Source: Callorhinchus milii | Lineage: Eukaryota | Length of the DNA: 64,000 nucleotides | NCBI RefSeq assembly: GCF_018977255.1 | Contig: NW_024704742.1 | Location: 107,386,001 to 107,450,000, forward strand | Reading direction: 5' to 3' | In this document: positions 1 through 13,700 of the stretch, in pieces | How positions within the stretch are numbered: position 1 is the first letter of the stretch | Layout: every line of letters starts with the position of its first letter | Notes under the pieces: generated by a model | Told to the model about the DNA's origin: nothing | Database searches by the model: none | Seen by the model: the letters and a program-made list of their open reading frames with translations, nothing else | Made by a program: the position numbers and the translations under genes

Positions 1-190
1 GGCGGTTTTCTGTAGTTCTTAAACAAAATGTAATTGTACATAACGATAGGACAGGAGAGCAATACTAACAGCAATTCAGACTCTTTGCTTGAGTGTGTAA
101 TAACTGGTGCTATATGACAAGCTGCTCATTGCTCCAGGGGCCACATAGCAATTAATATTGTACCATAGGCTCACGTCTTTACAAAACATA

Positions 191-350
191 AACAGGAAAC
201 GTTGGAAATTCACAGAAGCTCGATGAGTATGAAAGTAAAGTTTCACTTTTGGGTGGGCCCCTTTCCTTCCATTCTGATAAAGAGTAACATCCTTGATTTT
301 CAGATATGAATCAATCTGCTGTGACTTCTAGCCTTTATTTTAGATTTTAA
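191..350. mobile_element. Degenerate Penelope-like terminal repeat fragment
   Basis: Diverged relative of the element at 26033-26180; family assignment is from recall. Confidence 0.35.
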
Positions 351-819
351 CTCAGTGGCTGTTTTTTTTCTCCTTTTATGTGCACTGCGAGGTTTGTTTT
401 CAGGCAGCTCGAAGTGAGATTCTCACCTCACTTCGTTAGTTTGAGGTTAGTATGGCCATTAACTTAAAATATAAATATCGCTGGTTCCATCCCTCGACTG
501 AACTGTGAGGATAATTTTAGTGGGGGCAGCAGTAGTTCTGTTGTAGTTGATTTTAGTATCCCATAGGCAGCTGGTGAAAATATTCTTGGGGTGGCGGACT
601 CAGTGGTCAACCTATGAGATAGGTGTAGCCTCTGTGCCAGTGTCAAAGATGGCTGCCTCTCCCTCCCTCCCAACAGGAAACGTTGGAAATTCACAGAAGC
701 TCAATGAGTATATGAAAGTAAAGTTTCACTTTTGGGTGTGCCCTGATACATAGGATCAGTACCAGCTTCAAAGATGACCACTCCGCCACCCTTCTCACAA
801 GCAGATTTCAAGCTACTTC

Positions 820-1330
820 TCTCACAACAAGTCCCTTATGCTCTGGGTGAAAAAGAAGCACCTGAATTTAGCTTTTATTGCTAACTTCTTGTCTGAACCC
901 TTCAACACAGAGAACAGTCTGCATAGATCATCATTGTTAATCCCCTTCAGAAACTTGAAAACTTCAATTTGGTCACCTAAAAGCTTCTCCATTCCAAAGG
1001 AAACACATAGCAAAACAGGAATAAAACAAGGCCATTCATCCCACCAAGCATATTCCACCAGTCCATTACATCTTGGTAGATCTTCCAATCCAAATGTTCC
1101 TCCTTGCCACCTTTACATCACTACTATCTGATTATCTCTCTTTTAAATATTGATTCCATTTCTACAGCTTTCTGGAGTAGAATATTCTACATTTTCACAA
1201 CCCTCAGTGCGAAGAAATGCTTCCTGATTTCAGTTCTCATTGTCTTGGTTAAATTTTTAATGCTATACCCACTTTGTGTAGCCATTCAGACTGGTGGAAC
1301 AGGCTGATGTGCTGAATGGCCTTCTCTGAA
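820..1330 (-). mobile_element. Old CR1 LINE 3'-end fragments
   Basis: Minus frame FGMEKLLGDQIEVFKFLKG...FFFTQ resembles the CR1 ORF2 C-terminus (RRLRGDLIEVFK...FFTQRVV). A second 3' end and a short plus-strand tail follow. Confidence 0.75.
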
Positions 1331-1630
1331 AGCCCCCTTTCACTCATAAAATATACAGTCAATTGACTTTACAGTATATTCTCTGAAGCACTTTGAGGCG
1401 CCTTGAAGAGGTGATGAGGCGCTACATCAAATGCAAGGATTATTATTTGTAATAGATATTCTAATTCATGTTAAATAAAACAGGACAAACTTAAATTCCT
1501 GATACCTGAAAACTTCTTCATTGCTCCCTTTGTAACCTGCCTGGAATTAGAAGATCACAACAGAACATGGGACTCTTAGGTTTCAGATACTTGCAGGACA
1601 CAAACTAACTCACAGAGCTTATTCTCCCCA

Positions 1631-1937
1631 GGAGTCCTGTAGCTCGGTAATTAGAGCACGCACCTCGCAAGTGAGACACATGGGTTTGATTCCTGGCAGA
1701 GCAAAACTTTGGCCAAGTTTCCTTACTCCTCATGTCTAATAATGATCCCTCAAGAAAAAAATAATAAATTGGTCACTTCAATCCACGACTGCTTATGGGA
1801 CACTGCTGTGCGTAATTGGCTGCCGCATTTCACCCACAAATATAGTCAATTCACTTTACAGTAGATTCTGTGAAATGCTTTGAGACGTCTAGAAGACATG
1901 TAAAGCGCTGTATCAAATGCAAGGATTATTATTATTA
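1631..1937 (+). mobile_element. tRNA-derived SINE, short form, full length
   Basis: GGAGTCCTGTAGCTC head with A/B-box-like motifs, shared body, and tail CAAATGCAAGG(ATT)n; homologous to about nine other near-complete copies in the window. Confidence 0.9.
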
Positions 1938-2182
1938 GATATATATTCTATTATCGGGAATCCATCAGTGTGCAATGCACAAGTCAGTTTTGATTGTACT
2001 GCTTTAAAGATCCAGTGAAATCCGTGTGCTTTCAACATATAAATTGAACATGACTGAAAAGCCAGCTACATCACTTTTATTTAACATGTGAACAGTGAAG
2101 AGTGGCAGTACTGAAATAGTTGAAACCTGAATAATTCAAGTTGACAGTCATAACACATTGCTTGGAACGGTGCATAAGGAAA

Positions 2183-2463
2183 TCTCTTTGACCGTGCCTT
2201 CAGCTCCCCTCTCGACTCTCTTCCTCCGCCTCGCTCCCTCCCTTCCCTCCCCTCACCCTGACCATTTCCCCCCTCCTCTCTCCCTCCCTTCCCTCCCCTC
2301 ACCCTGACCATTTCCCCCCTCCTCGCTCCCTCCCTTCCCTCCCCTCACCCTGACCATTTCCCCCCAATGCTCGGGTCATGACCCAACTGTGCAGCGCCTT
2401 GGGACGTCCTCCTGACGTGAAAGGCGCTCTATAAATGGAATCTTGTTGTTGTTGTTGTTGTTG
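2183..2463 (+). mobile_element. Young L2 LINE 3' end with a 3 x 46-bp internal tandem repeat
   Basis: Tail CAGCGCCTTGGGACGTCCTCCTGACGTGAAAGGCGCTCTATAAATGGAATC(TTG)n; the 46-bp unit is repeated at 2229, 2275 and 2321. Confidence 0.88.
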
Positions 2464-2702
2464 TACAAAGCGGAACAGGAAAACTACTGTGATGTACAGC
2501 TATTTTAGAAATCATATGTTACTGACAGTAAATCCTGTGAAGCGCTTTGAGACGTCCTCCTTCACCATCATTAGGAAAAATCTAATGATACCCATAAAGT
2601 TGTTAGGAGGTTGTTTACTTGGTTTTCTCTTCCAGCCATGGAAACTTTGTGGAAGCCAGGCTGTGAATACCACTGACTCATATCATAAGGTGTCTCATTA
2701 GA

Positions 2703-2976
2703 TGTTAGCCTAGCTCACTTGGTAGTACTCTCACTTCTGAGTCAGCCGGGTGTGGATTAAAGACTCGTATTGGGACTTTCATCTCACATAGATTAGACTG
2801 ACAGTTTAATATCGGATTGGGATTGTGCTGCATTACCAGAGGTGTTGACCTTTGGATGAAATGTTCAACCGAGGTCCTGTCCATTCAGGTGGGTGTTAAA
2901 GATCCGACAACACTGTTCAAAAAGAAAAGTCCATATCAAATACAAGGATGATTATTATTATTATTATTATTATTAT
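2703..2976 (+). mobile_element. SacSINE1-like DeuSINE, internally deleted
   Basis: Head and Deu-domain motif TTCAGGTGGGTGTTAAAGATCC homologous to 7946-8395; (ATT)n tail. Confidence 0.7.
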
Positions 2977-3112
2977 AGTATCTGATGCCTCAGTGTTCAA
3001 GGGCTTTTGATAGTTTACAAACTAATTTTACCAGTTGCACATTGGCACAAGATCCTAAGATCACCAAATAGGTTCAGATAAAGAATTCGCTTTGGCCCAT
3101 TTAATGATTCAT

Positions 3113-3470
3113 ACATTCACAGGTAGTACAGCTCAGAAACAGGCTGTTCAGCCCATCCAATCTGGCTGGTTATATACCACACGAGTTCCTATCCAGATCC
3201 TATCCCTTCTCCCATATCTTGGCTGCATCAAAATCCATCATTGGCAGTCAGGCCTTCAGCTTTTCTACCCCCACCCTTTGAACCTCCATCCCACAGTCCC
3301 TTCGCCGTATGCCCTACCTTGCCTCCTTGAAGGCTTGTCTCAAGACCCTCCTCTTCAAATGTGCCTTCGGTCGCCCTCCTACCCGTACCCTCGCTGCTCT
3401 CCATCCCTTCTGATCCCAACCCCTAGTCCAAGTCCCTGACTGTCCAGCGCCTTGGGACATCCTCACCGAT
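3113..3470. mobile_element. CR1 3' tail (-) followed by an L2 3' end (+)
   Basis: ACAGCTCAGAAACAGGCTGTTCAGCCCA is a CR1 tail read antisense. It is followed by L2 3' sequence ending CAGCGCCTTGGGACATCCTC. Confidence 0.7.
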
Positions 3471-3879
3471 CACCCATTTAGGCAGCCTGAAATTCTACCC
3501 AGTATTAGCCTGTCTGGTCATGTAATTTGTTGTCATTGTTGTTGTTGTCCTCTAATTCTGTGGTCTTTTAGCATCTAAAAGTATTATTCTGGTTTTCAAT
3601 CCCATCTAAAATCTCATATACCTCTCGTTGACATAATGGTGCTTGGTTTAAGAAGAATTAGCTGAGAATATTGGTTCTGTTGTCAATGTACACAAGTCTG
3701 CAACTCTCCATTTGCTTTCACCCCATTCACATATTTCACTTGTCAGTTTTGCTGATCTTAAATCAAAACAGCTTTCAAAATTGAGCCTGAATTTAAGAGT
3801 TTCACACAATGCTGTGTGATCTTAGATTTTAAGATAAAATGGTCTTACAGGCTAAGACTAGGTAGAATTTCAGGCCTAT

Positions 3880-4410
3880 GGCGCTGTATCATGTTGAAAC
3901 ATCTCAAAGCACTTTCCACAATCAGTTATTGTGACATAGAGTGACTGGTATACTTATGTAAACGCAGCAGCAACATTTCATAAATAGCAATGGGATGAAC
4001 GGCCAAATGCAATCCGTTTGGTGGATTTACGTTTAGAAGCAATATTGGTCATAGCACTAAGAGATTGCTCTGCTCTTCTTCCAAATAGAGTGCAGCCCTG
4101 TTATAATGTTTCATTTGGTCCTAATATGCTCACTTCCAGTGTGGCAGCCAGCTATTGCACTAAAATGGCATATTTACCTGTTATCACACCTCGCTTATCC
4201 TGATAACCACTTTATAATGAAGCTTCCCTGAATTGCCATATGTTCTTTTAAGGGCTAACTGAACTGTCAGAACAGGCAGATGGGCCTCCAGTTTAAATTT
4301 CATTTGAAGGATGGCTTTTTTCAACATTGCAGCATTCTCTCAGTATTATCACCCCACATTCTGAGCGCAGATACTGGTTTGAGGATCAGAACTGCAACCA
4401 TCTGACCCAG
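3880..4410 (-). mobile_element. SacSINE1-like DeuSINE, fragmented
   Basis: Tail/Deu part at about 3880-4090 and 5' part at about 4270-4410, separated by unrelated sequence. Confidence 0.55.
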
Positions 4411-4793
4411 AAGACACATTTTTATTAACCCTGCATCGAGAACCCTTTCAGCCACTATGTCAAGCCTAAAACTAGCTGGAAACAATAGTGTAACACTGTT
4501 AGATGGCCCCCATGCCCTACAATTTCAGTTTCAGGGATGTTCTGGCACATGTGGTGCTTTTTAACCTAATTTTCTTTGCATCTCGAGGCTCTACCTGCTC
4601 CTTGTGCCAAGTTATTTCTAAAAACAGTTTTGTAGCATCATCTCATTGGCATATGGGACACTATCACTTTATTGAACTATTACAATATATTGTAAACATT
4701 GCAGCAGTTCAGAAAAAGAATCTTGCCATATAACTATTCTAAATAGTTTACCCACACTGCTTTATCAGTTGTGTAGCTTAGTACCGTTAATTT

Positions 4794-5144
4794 GCGGTTA
4801 GAGCACTTGCCTTATAAGTGAGAGGACCCAGATTTGATTCCCGATGTGGGACGAAGCCTTGGACAAATTTCCTTACTCCACACGCCTCTGTTTATCTAGC
4901 AATCAGTAGGAACCCAATTGCTAGTTGATTGGTGGATCGCTTTCCTGGGGTAATAATACCCCTAAAACACAAAAATTGTTCACTCAATCCACAACTATTA
5001 GTGGGACACTCCTGTGCGGAATTGGCTGCCGTGTTTCGCTCGCAAAAATATACAGTCAATCCACTCTACAGTATATTCTGTGAAGTGCTTGAGACATCTC
5101 AATGAAGTGATAAGGCACTATATCAAATGCAAGGATTATTATTA
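4794..5144 (+). mobile_element. tRNA-derived SINE, long form
   Basis: Same SINE with an extra internal segment (CTCTGTTTATCTAGCAATCAGTAGGAACCC...TTTCCTGGGG). Confidence 0.85.
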
Positions 5145-5360
5145 AAGATAATAACTGCATACACAACAAAAATAAATCAGCAGTAAATAGACAACAGCTT
5201 TGTAACTGCAGTAATCATTGCTCTAGAGTAGAGGAGATATTGAACCAAACTTCAAGTGAATAAAATTAAATAGGCAGAAATTTCTACTTTTGCTCATTTT
5301 AATCAGCTCCATTAATTACTGATATATTTTTGGTTTAAGGCTTTGTACAGTGATCTATTA

Positions 5361-7248
5361 CATCTCCACAGCTACTGCCGTTCTTTGACTCGTGCAAAAA
5401 CGGCCTTCTACTCCAACATCATCTTGGAGGCTGAACACAACCCAAAAATCCTTTTTTCCCCCACCCACTACCTCCTCCGTGCACCCCCTCAGGCCTCCTC
5501 AATCTTCGTATCAAATGCCAAATGCAAGGAGATCATGGACTTTTTTCTTCTAAAATACTTAACATCCGCCAGGCAGCCTCATCCACCTGTCCCTTGTCAC
5601 CCACCGCCACGCCCTCTTTGTCCCCCTCACCTTCCTCATCATCTGCTCCTACCACCACCCTCATTCTACATTCCTTCCTCCCCATCTCTCCGTCCTCCCT
5701 CTTACCCACCATCACCTCCATGAAACCCACCACCTGCTGCCTCGAACACCCTCCCCACCAACTTACTGGTCACACAGCTCCCCCTCCTCTGCCCACTACT
5801 GGCTGACATCATCAACCAGTCCCTCTCCTCCGGATCAGTCCCTGTCTCCCTCAAAACTGCTGTCATCACCCCCCTCCTGAAAAAACCCTCCCTAGATCCC
5901 TCAAACCCCAGCCACTACCGCCCTATTTCTAACCTGCCCTTCCTCTCAAAAGTTCTGGAACGCGTCGTTGCTAATCAACTTCACGCACACCTCTCCTCCC
6001 ACTCCCTCTTCGAACCCCTCCGGTCCGGTTTCCGCCCTGCCCACAGTACAGAGACTGCGCTTGTGAAAGTCACAAACGACATCCTCTCTATCTGTGACCA
6101 GGGCTCTCTCTGCCTCCTTGTCCTTCTGGAACTCTCTGCTGCGTTCGACACAGTCGATCACGCCATCCTCCTCCACCGCCTTTCCTGTGTCATCCACCTC
6201 AGTGGGACCGCACTCGCCTGGTTCGTGTCCTACCTCACGAGCCACCAGCAGTACATCTGCACAAACGGCTTCTCCTCCCGCTCTCACCCGATCACCTGTG
6301 GGGTACCCCAAGGATCCATCCTTGGCCCCTTCCTCTTCTGATCTATATGCTCCCTGTTGGGGATGTCATCGGCAGACATGGGGTACATTTCCACATGTAT
6401 GCAGATGACACTCAACTCTACTTTTCCACCTCTCTTTGTGACCTCCAGTCCCCTGATGTTCTGTCAGCCTGCCTGTCAGACCTCAGGGGCTGGATGAGCG
6501 CAAACTTCCTTCAGCTGAACATTGACAAGACGGAAGCCATACTCTTCGGCTCTCATCAATGTCTGAAATCTCATGGTTCTCACCTCCTCCACCTACCTGA
6601 CCTCCCCCTAAAACTCTCCGAACCCGTACGCAACCTAGGCGTCAGGTTCGACCCCCAATTAGCCTTCCTCCCCCACATCCGGTCCCTTACCAGCACCGCC
6701 TTTTTCCACCTCCGTCGCATCGCCTGTCTCCGCCAATACCTCTCCCCAAAAGCCGCTGAAACTCTGGTCCATGCCTTTGTCACCTCTCGGCTGGACTACT
6801 CCAATGCCCTCCTCGCCGGTCTCCCATCCCATCCCCTACCATCCATAAAATCCAAATCATTCAAAACTCTGCCACCCGCATTCTCACCCGCTTGAAACTC
6901 CGCTCCCCGATCACCCCAGTCCTTGCCAGACTGCACTGGTTGCCTAACCCAGAGAGGATCGATTTCAATATCCTCACCCTTGTATTCAAGTCCCTGCACT
7001 TCTCTGCACCCCCCTACCTCTCTGACCTACTATCTCCTCAAAACAGTACTCATTGCCTTCGTTCCTCCAGGTCTGGCCTCCTCCTTGTCCCCCAAGTCCT
7101 CCGCTCCACCCTGGGCGGCCATGCCTTCAGCCACTATGCCCCGAGGCTCTGGAACTGCCTTCCTCACTCCCTTCGCCTTGCTTCCTCCCTTCCCATTTTC
7201 AGGTCTCTGCTGAAGACCTTTCTTTTCGACCGCGCCTTTGGTCACCTT
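5361..7248 (+). mobile_element. L2 LINE, 5'-truncated, RT pseudogene
   Basis: Frameshifted ORF2 pieces: YRPISNLPFLSKVLE, LLELSAAFDTVDH, GVPQGSILGP, HMYADDTQLY, LVHAFVTSRLDY, LHWLP. Confidence 0.95.
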
Positions 7249-7571
7249 TGTTAATGTTATCTGAGTTTAATACAATAAGGAACTTGTGATTACAATAATT
7301 AAGTTAGAAGCAACATTATTGCTGAAATAATCATACTGTTAAAGATAGTGAGATTGCAACACAATGGATAATGAACCACTGAAATGTTAAACCGAAGTTC
7401 CATCTGCCTACACTGATTTAGATTGTGAAGCAGTCAGAGACATTATTCTCTGTGAAGGGATATAAATGCAAGTTGCTGGTGTTGCCGATTGAGGTGAATG
7501 ATCCCATGGCATTATTTTGGTGGAAAATTAGGGCATTCTCCCAGGATCTTAGCTAATATCCCTCCCTCAAC

Positions 7572-7790
7572 AGCAGCAACAACAACAACTTGCCCTTATA
7601 TAGCACCCTCCACGCAGGGTTGCGTCTCAGAGCACTTAACAGTGGCAGAGCCTGACTCTGAGCCGGGGGGGTGTGGGGTGGGTGGTGGCCGTAAGCACGA
7701 CGGAAGAGGAAAGTTTTCAGGTGGGACTTGAAAAAGGGGAGAGGGGCCAAAGCGGAGGGATTAAGAGAGAGTGTTCAGAGTTTCGGGACA
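7572..7790 (-). mobile_element. L2 3' end
   Basis: (CAA)n tail on the plus strand; the minus frame reads LPFFKSHLKTFLF. Confidence 0.8.
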
Positions 7791-7945
7791 TGCAAATTCA
7801 CTTGAAACCAAAAGATTGACCATTCATCTCATTGCTGTAGTGGGTCCAGATTAACTGCCATGTTTTGTTCTATATCAAGCTATTGCCCTTCAAATGACTC
7901 TTCCAGACATTGTAACATGATATATTGGATGTTGGTTATTTTTTA

Positions 7946-8395
7946 GCTGTGTCAGCCTGGCTAAGTTGGTAGTACTCTACCTTCTGAATCAGAGGGTTGT
8001 GTTTCAAACCTCACAACGAGACTCACATAGTGCCAGATGACACACCAATGCAGTGCTGAGGGTGAATTGCATCAACAGGGATGTTGTCCTTCGGATGAGA
8101 AGGTAAACAGAGGTCCCATCTGCTTGTTCAGGTGGACGTTAAAGATCCCATGGTACTACTTAAAAAGAGAAGGAAATTTCTTCTGGTGTCCTGGCCAACA
8201 ATCTCCCAAAATAAAATTGGTCATTCACTACATGGCTGTTTTGAGCTATATTGTTGTGCACAAAATTGGCTGGCTAGCGTTCAGTCACACACAAGCAGTC
8301 CTTGCACTTTACAGTAAATCCTATGAAGTGCTTTGGGATGTCATCCTGACGTGAAAGGTATTGCATCAAATGTAAGGATTATTATTATTATTATT
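7946..8395 (+). mobile_element. SacSINE1-like DeuSINE, near full length
   Basis: tRNA-like head, Deu core CTTCGGATGAG...TTCAGGTGGACGTTAAAGATCCCATGG, L2-type tail and (ATT)n. Confidence 0.85.
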
Positions 8396-9259
8396 GTCTT
8401 CAATTCAGTTTTGATTTACTTGGAAGCTGTTTTCCCAATGTGCGTTTTAAAAATTCAAAAGACTATTTTCTAAATTGAGACTGAATTTAAAAATTTTGCA
8501 AAATTCTGCAGGATCTTAAACTTTAAAACAATTGTTTTAAGGCTGAAGACCACAAGAAATATCAGACTGTTTAAATCTCTTGCTGGGTCGTGGTTCCATG
8601 GACATGGCAACCATTCAGTAGCTTGCCATTTTTTTTCTGTAAACCCAGAGGGTGAAGGTCCACAGACTATTTGACCTTGAGGGCTTTGGAGCAAAGGCTG
8701 ATCCTGTTCTCATCCAATGTCTGCAGATGCGCATTTTAATACAGGTAAGAAATAATCCTTACATTTGGTAATAGTACCTTTCACATTGAGAGGACATCTC
8801 AAAGCGATTCACAAGATATATCGTAAAGCAATGGTGGCTAACCTTTATGGTCAGACAACAAAATAAATGTTTTTGATTGAATATTTCTTGAATTATGCCA
8901 TCAAGAAATAACTAAAAACACACTACCCATCAAAAATAGACTTATCTAGACTTGCGTGAACGTTCAGGGGGCTGTTTCTTCCCATAAAGTGAAGTGAATG
9001 TATTTTGTGGGTGAATGCAGGACACTGGGATAATGTTCCCCCTTCTAGCCAACAGCGCTGAAGCCCATTGGAGCACTCAGAATTGCTCTTATGGCTGAGA
9101 TTAGAAAATCAGCAAAAAACAGTATTTGAACCTGCAATCTTCCACATTGTGTAATTTAGAGAGCATTGTTTTCATTTCCTAGGCCATTAGGGACCCAGCT
9201 GATGTTATTAGTCAATTTTCTCTACAAGATCTATTTCCTAATTGTTCACTCTAAGGTCA

Positions 9260-9634
9260 AGTTTTGATTTGTCTCGTTGCAATTTATTTGTAATCCATAT
9301 TTCAAACTTGTCTGTCTAAATTCTCTTATAATCTCTCTTTATTATCAACAATCAATAATGCATAGTCAATAAGTTTGGGCTGTTTATCAATAATTTTCCA
9401 CTGATCTTGAAGGCAGCTTCTACATCATCTGGACTGCATCTCCCAATAGATTCAGGACTTCTTTAAATGGACATAGGCGACAGAGCAGATTCTTCTCTGA
9501 TGCTTCTTCTCATCTGTAGCTTGTTCCCAGGATTTATGCCTAACACACAGTAATTATCATGCCTTTCCAATTAATTCCAATCTTTTTAGAGCATTTATTA
9601 ACCGCTTGTCCTGATCCCTATCTAATACTTTCAC
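9260..9634 (-). mobile_element. RTE-like LINE reverse transcriptase remnant
   Basis: Degenerate motifs in the expected order on the minus strand: KVLDR (KAFDR), SALSP (CILSP), KYGLQIN..ET (KYGLKIN..KT). Contains stops and frameshifts. Confidence 0.55.
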
Positions 9635-10002
9635 ATAATAATAATAATAATCCTTGCATTTGATATAGCGCTTTTCACATTTTCTAAACGTCTCAAAGCA
9701 CTTCACAGGATATAGAGTAAAATGAATTGACTGTATATTTGTGGACAAAACGTGGCAGCCAATTGCGCACAGCAGTGTCCCACAAACTGTGGATTTAGTG
9801 ACCAAATATTTTTTTTTGAGGGATTATTATCCCTGGAAAAATAATCCACCAATCGACGTACAACCGGGTTCCTACTTACTACTAGGTAAACAGAGGTGTG
9901 TGGCGTAAGGAAACGTGCCCAACATTTCACCCTGCTGGGAATCGAACCCAGGTCTCCTGCTTGCAAGGTGAGTGCTCTAACCACTGAGCTACAGGACTCC
10001 AC
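9635..10002 (-). mobile_element. tRNA-derived SINE, long form, full length
   Basis: Head GGAGTCCTGTAGCTCAGTGGTTAGAGC on the minus strand, internal extra segment, (ATT)n tail. Confidence 0.92.
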
Positions 10003-10009
10003 TCTATAA

Positions 10010-10770
10010 TAACAACTTGCATTTATATAATGATATAGCGCCTTCTCATGCCATTAGGACGTCTCAAAGCGCTTCAACAACAACAACAATTTGGATTTAT
10101 ATAGTGCCCTCCACGCTGGAAGGCGTCTCAGAGCGCTTCACAGTAACGGATCCCGGGGCCGAGCCAGGGGGAGGGGGAGGAAGGTGACCAAAGGCGCGGT
10201 TGAAAAGAAAGGTCTTTAGCTGAGACCTGAACATAGGAAGAGAGGGGATGAGGCGAAGGGAGTGAGGAAGGGAATTCCAGAGCCTCGGGGCATAGTGGCT
10301 GAAGGCACGGCCACCGAGGGTGGAGCAGAGGACTCGGGGGACAAGGAGGAGGCCAGACCCGGCGGAACAAAGGCAAGAATATTCTGTATTTTACTCTATA
10401 TTTTGTGGACGATATGTGGCAGCCAATTGCACACAGCAGTGTCCTACAAACAGTCGTGGATTAATACCAATTTATTATTTTACAGTTATAACCCTTTTCA
10501 GTTAAATTGGTGTTTCATGTAGGACAGCGTCTCGAAAAGCTGCACAGTAACAAGGGTGGACACTGAGCAAGGGAGAAGGGGAAGCCACCATAGATGTCAT
10601 CAAAAACTTAAATCTTCAAGTGGGATTTAAAGATAGGTAAAGAAGGGGTGGGGGGGGGGGGTGCAGAGGGATTGAGGCAGGGAGTTCCAGAGGCTAGGGA
10701 ACTAGTGATTGAAGGCATGGACACTGACAGTGGTGTGGAGGGCTTGGGGATGTGCAGCAGACCTGAGTTC
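10010..10770. mobile_element. Cluster of L2 3' ends (-) and a SINE fragment (+)
   Basis: L2 3' ends at about 10076-10372 and 10525-10770; SINE body at about 10395-10480. Confidence 0.75.
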
Positions 10771-13700
10771 TATGAAATACACGGGTATGATTTAAGATAC
10801 CATAATATGTTCATAATACTGCATTATGAAATGTAGCAAATTTCATTTCAAATGCAAAGGATGATTTGGCTCCAGTTTACATGTTTAGCAAAGGAATGTT
10901 GGAATCAATGGCATGCATGGAGCTCTCAATTTGACTTGGATACTCTTTAGCATGGTGATATGTCTCCACGTGGGACACCCGCCTGACCAAAGATATATGT
11001 TTTATTATTTCTAGCACAATTTGTAGCAACAATTCCCAGCGTGGCTCAAGATGATTCTGTGTTCTCCATTCTATAGCCTTTGATATTTTCAGTGTGTCAT
11101 GAATGTGGGACTGGCAATGTCAATGTTCCATTATCTGAAGGAAAGGGATAAGGCTGAACTGCCTGCCAATATGTCCCAGATGAAAACTGATGACATGAGC
11201 GAGATGCCAGTGGGGCATTATTGATTATGGAGCTATACCTTCGCTTGGATAACTATAATCAGAAGAAGTGAGTTAAGAAACTCAAGGAGAAAATATTTGA
11301 TCATACCATCTGATTTTGCTCACATTTGGCTCTTTGGCATGTGCTGGATACTTAGGCTGTAATGGCATCATTTGGTTTATTTCTGTCCATGAAAGAAAAT
11401 GTTAGAATCACCCTATAAAACATACATTCAAAACAAGTCATCCAATTCCTTATCTTAAGGTGAAGGAACAAAAACTTAAACGCACCACATTACAAGCACA
11501 TTAATGTCGACAGAAAATATCCAATGAACTATTATCGAAGCAAAAGGCCTTTGACTTAAATCAGAACTACCTGACATTGAAGTATAATGTTTTGCTTAGC
11601 CCAGTTCTGCATTAGTCATATTTTACACAATCGTCATAAGTGACTCTGGTATCCTTGAACACATCAAGCTGTTAGATACAACCACACAATATAGTAATAG
11701 ATGGAATGACACATTGTCTTTTACTGACAGCAGCTTAAATGGAGCAGGAGCAATAATTAATCATACGTGTCATAACAACAATAGGATTCACTGGCAGCGC
11801 AGATGTGGAGAGCTGGTGTAGATGTCAGATAATGGTAAGGAGGGGGTTCAACTCCACATCATATTTAAAGAAAGAACATGTATTTTTATAGTATGTTATC
11901 AAGTAGAAATGTGAATGTTATCAGGTGTGTTCATGGTTTAGATCCCATAAACAACCATAGGTGAAGGGCCAATTAATTTCAAAGATCATTGACCAGGGCA
12001 CAAGGAGAAACAATTTTACCAATAGTGATGTGGGATCATTAATATACACCTGATAAATGGTTCTACATCTCATCCGAAAGATATCTCTATTAACAGATAG
12101 CAGCTATAAGTGATGACATGGATATTTTGTTAGGTCTGTTACATTAGTTACATGTGGTCGACCACTTTCATTAACATGTCTTAGTCTTTTGATCTCTCAC
12201 AGTATTTTCTAATGTTTTTAAGGCTTTACTATTCTCCATTGCAATGTAATTTTTATCCTTTCTGACTTTCTAAAGCAGTCACAAATTCAATAGCTAAGGT
12301 TAGACGAGTCTGTACACTGGATTCAGTCTTCACAAAGACTGACTCAAACAGGATCTGGTGACAATACACTTTGAATTGTTGAAACTCTCTTCATGGACCA
12401 TTCACACCATGGATTCTAGGTACTACTATTAAAAAGTAATAGGATTTTTGATCTTAATGATCTTTTCTTTGTTACAAATCTTCTGTTGTTTTGTATAATA
12501 CTGTACCTTGTTTGGTGAGAAGGGAACTACAGTGGATGAAGTCTTATCCTGCATCTGACTCCAGTCTGGAGATATTTGGAAATATTTATTTTCATTGCTA
12601 TGTGAAGTAGGACTCATGGGGTTGCTTCGGACCTTTTTTTCTTAGTAAGGTTACACAAGTTTCTATGATGGATGTCCCACTCAATGCCCTAAATGTGGCC
12701 AGGGAACAACAAGGCTCAGCCTACGTTGTTCCTAAGGCTCAGATTTTGTAATTGACCAATGGGATTGTATGCTGACTCTTTCTATCTTCCTCAGCTCCCT
12801 CTGGAGAAGAACTTATCTTTCGCATACAGTTCTCCTAGCTAAGTGGCTGAAAGTCATTGCTCTGTGGCTGGAGAAGTTCAGGAGTGGATTCATGTCCTAT
12901 CTGTCTGTGGTCCCACTCCACCTGCTGTATTAGATGTAACTACACATGAATACAATGGGTCGATATGGCCGCTTAATGTGTCATAAGTTTCTATGCTTCT
13001 ATGACCCCCATTTTCCATTTGCTTCTTTTGATGTGTATTGATGGTCCTGTATTAGCTATCACCTCCTTACTTTACTTTACAAGTAACATGGTTTATTTAA
13101 AAATTTACAGAATAGTAGGAGCTAAGTGATATGGTTGACTAACTTAACTGCTACCAAGGCCATTTAAGTTGTTCCCTTAGCAACGTTTTATTTCAGTCTT
13201 CCCAACTATGTCGGCAATTAAATGTGTGCGTCTCACCATAAAATGTACTAATAACCCTCTTGAATGGGGAAAAAAGACATTGGGCAGTCTGAAATCTCTC
13301 AGCTGCTAAATTACTCAGTTACAGAAGATTCACCTTATATATGTAGAACATGTGAATATTACATTGGCTCAGCATGGGTCAGTTCTTTTTTACATATTGC
13401 TTCATAAATCCCTAATATTTAATGATAAATCTCTGACTCACCAACTGGCTCCATGTCTACATGCTGCATAAATGTGTGCATAATAGTGTAACACTTCAAC
13501 AGGAGCTACTCTGGAGCCCCAAATGGCAGCCACTTTAGAGAGTCTTACAGGACCTTGTGATCCTGGGAGAAAGGGAAAGCCTAAATATGGTGGCTGCCCC
13601 TGAGTTCCTGCCAAAGCAGGCAATTCCTGGCCAATTTGACCAGGCAGGTGATGGGAGAGAGGTTAAGGAATACAATAGTTTTTGCAAGGCTGGAATCTAT

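Noticed and set aside
12429..12617. 62-aa minus-strand ORF as an exon
   Set aside because: Weak donor, no clear acceptor and no recognisable homology.
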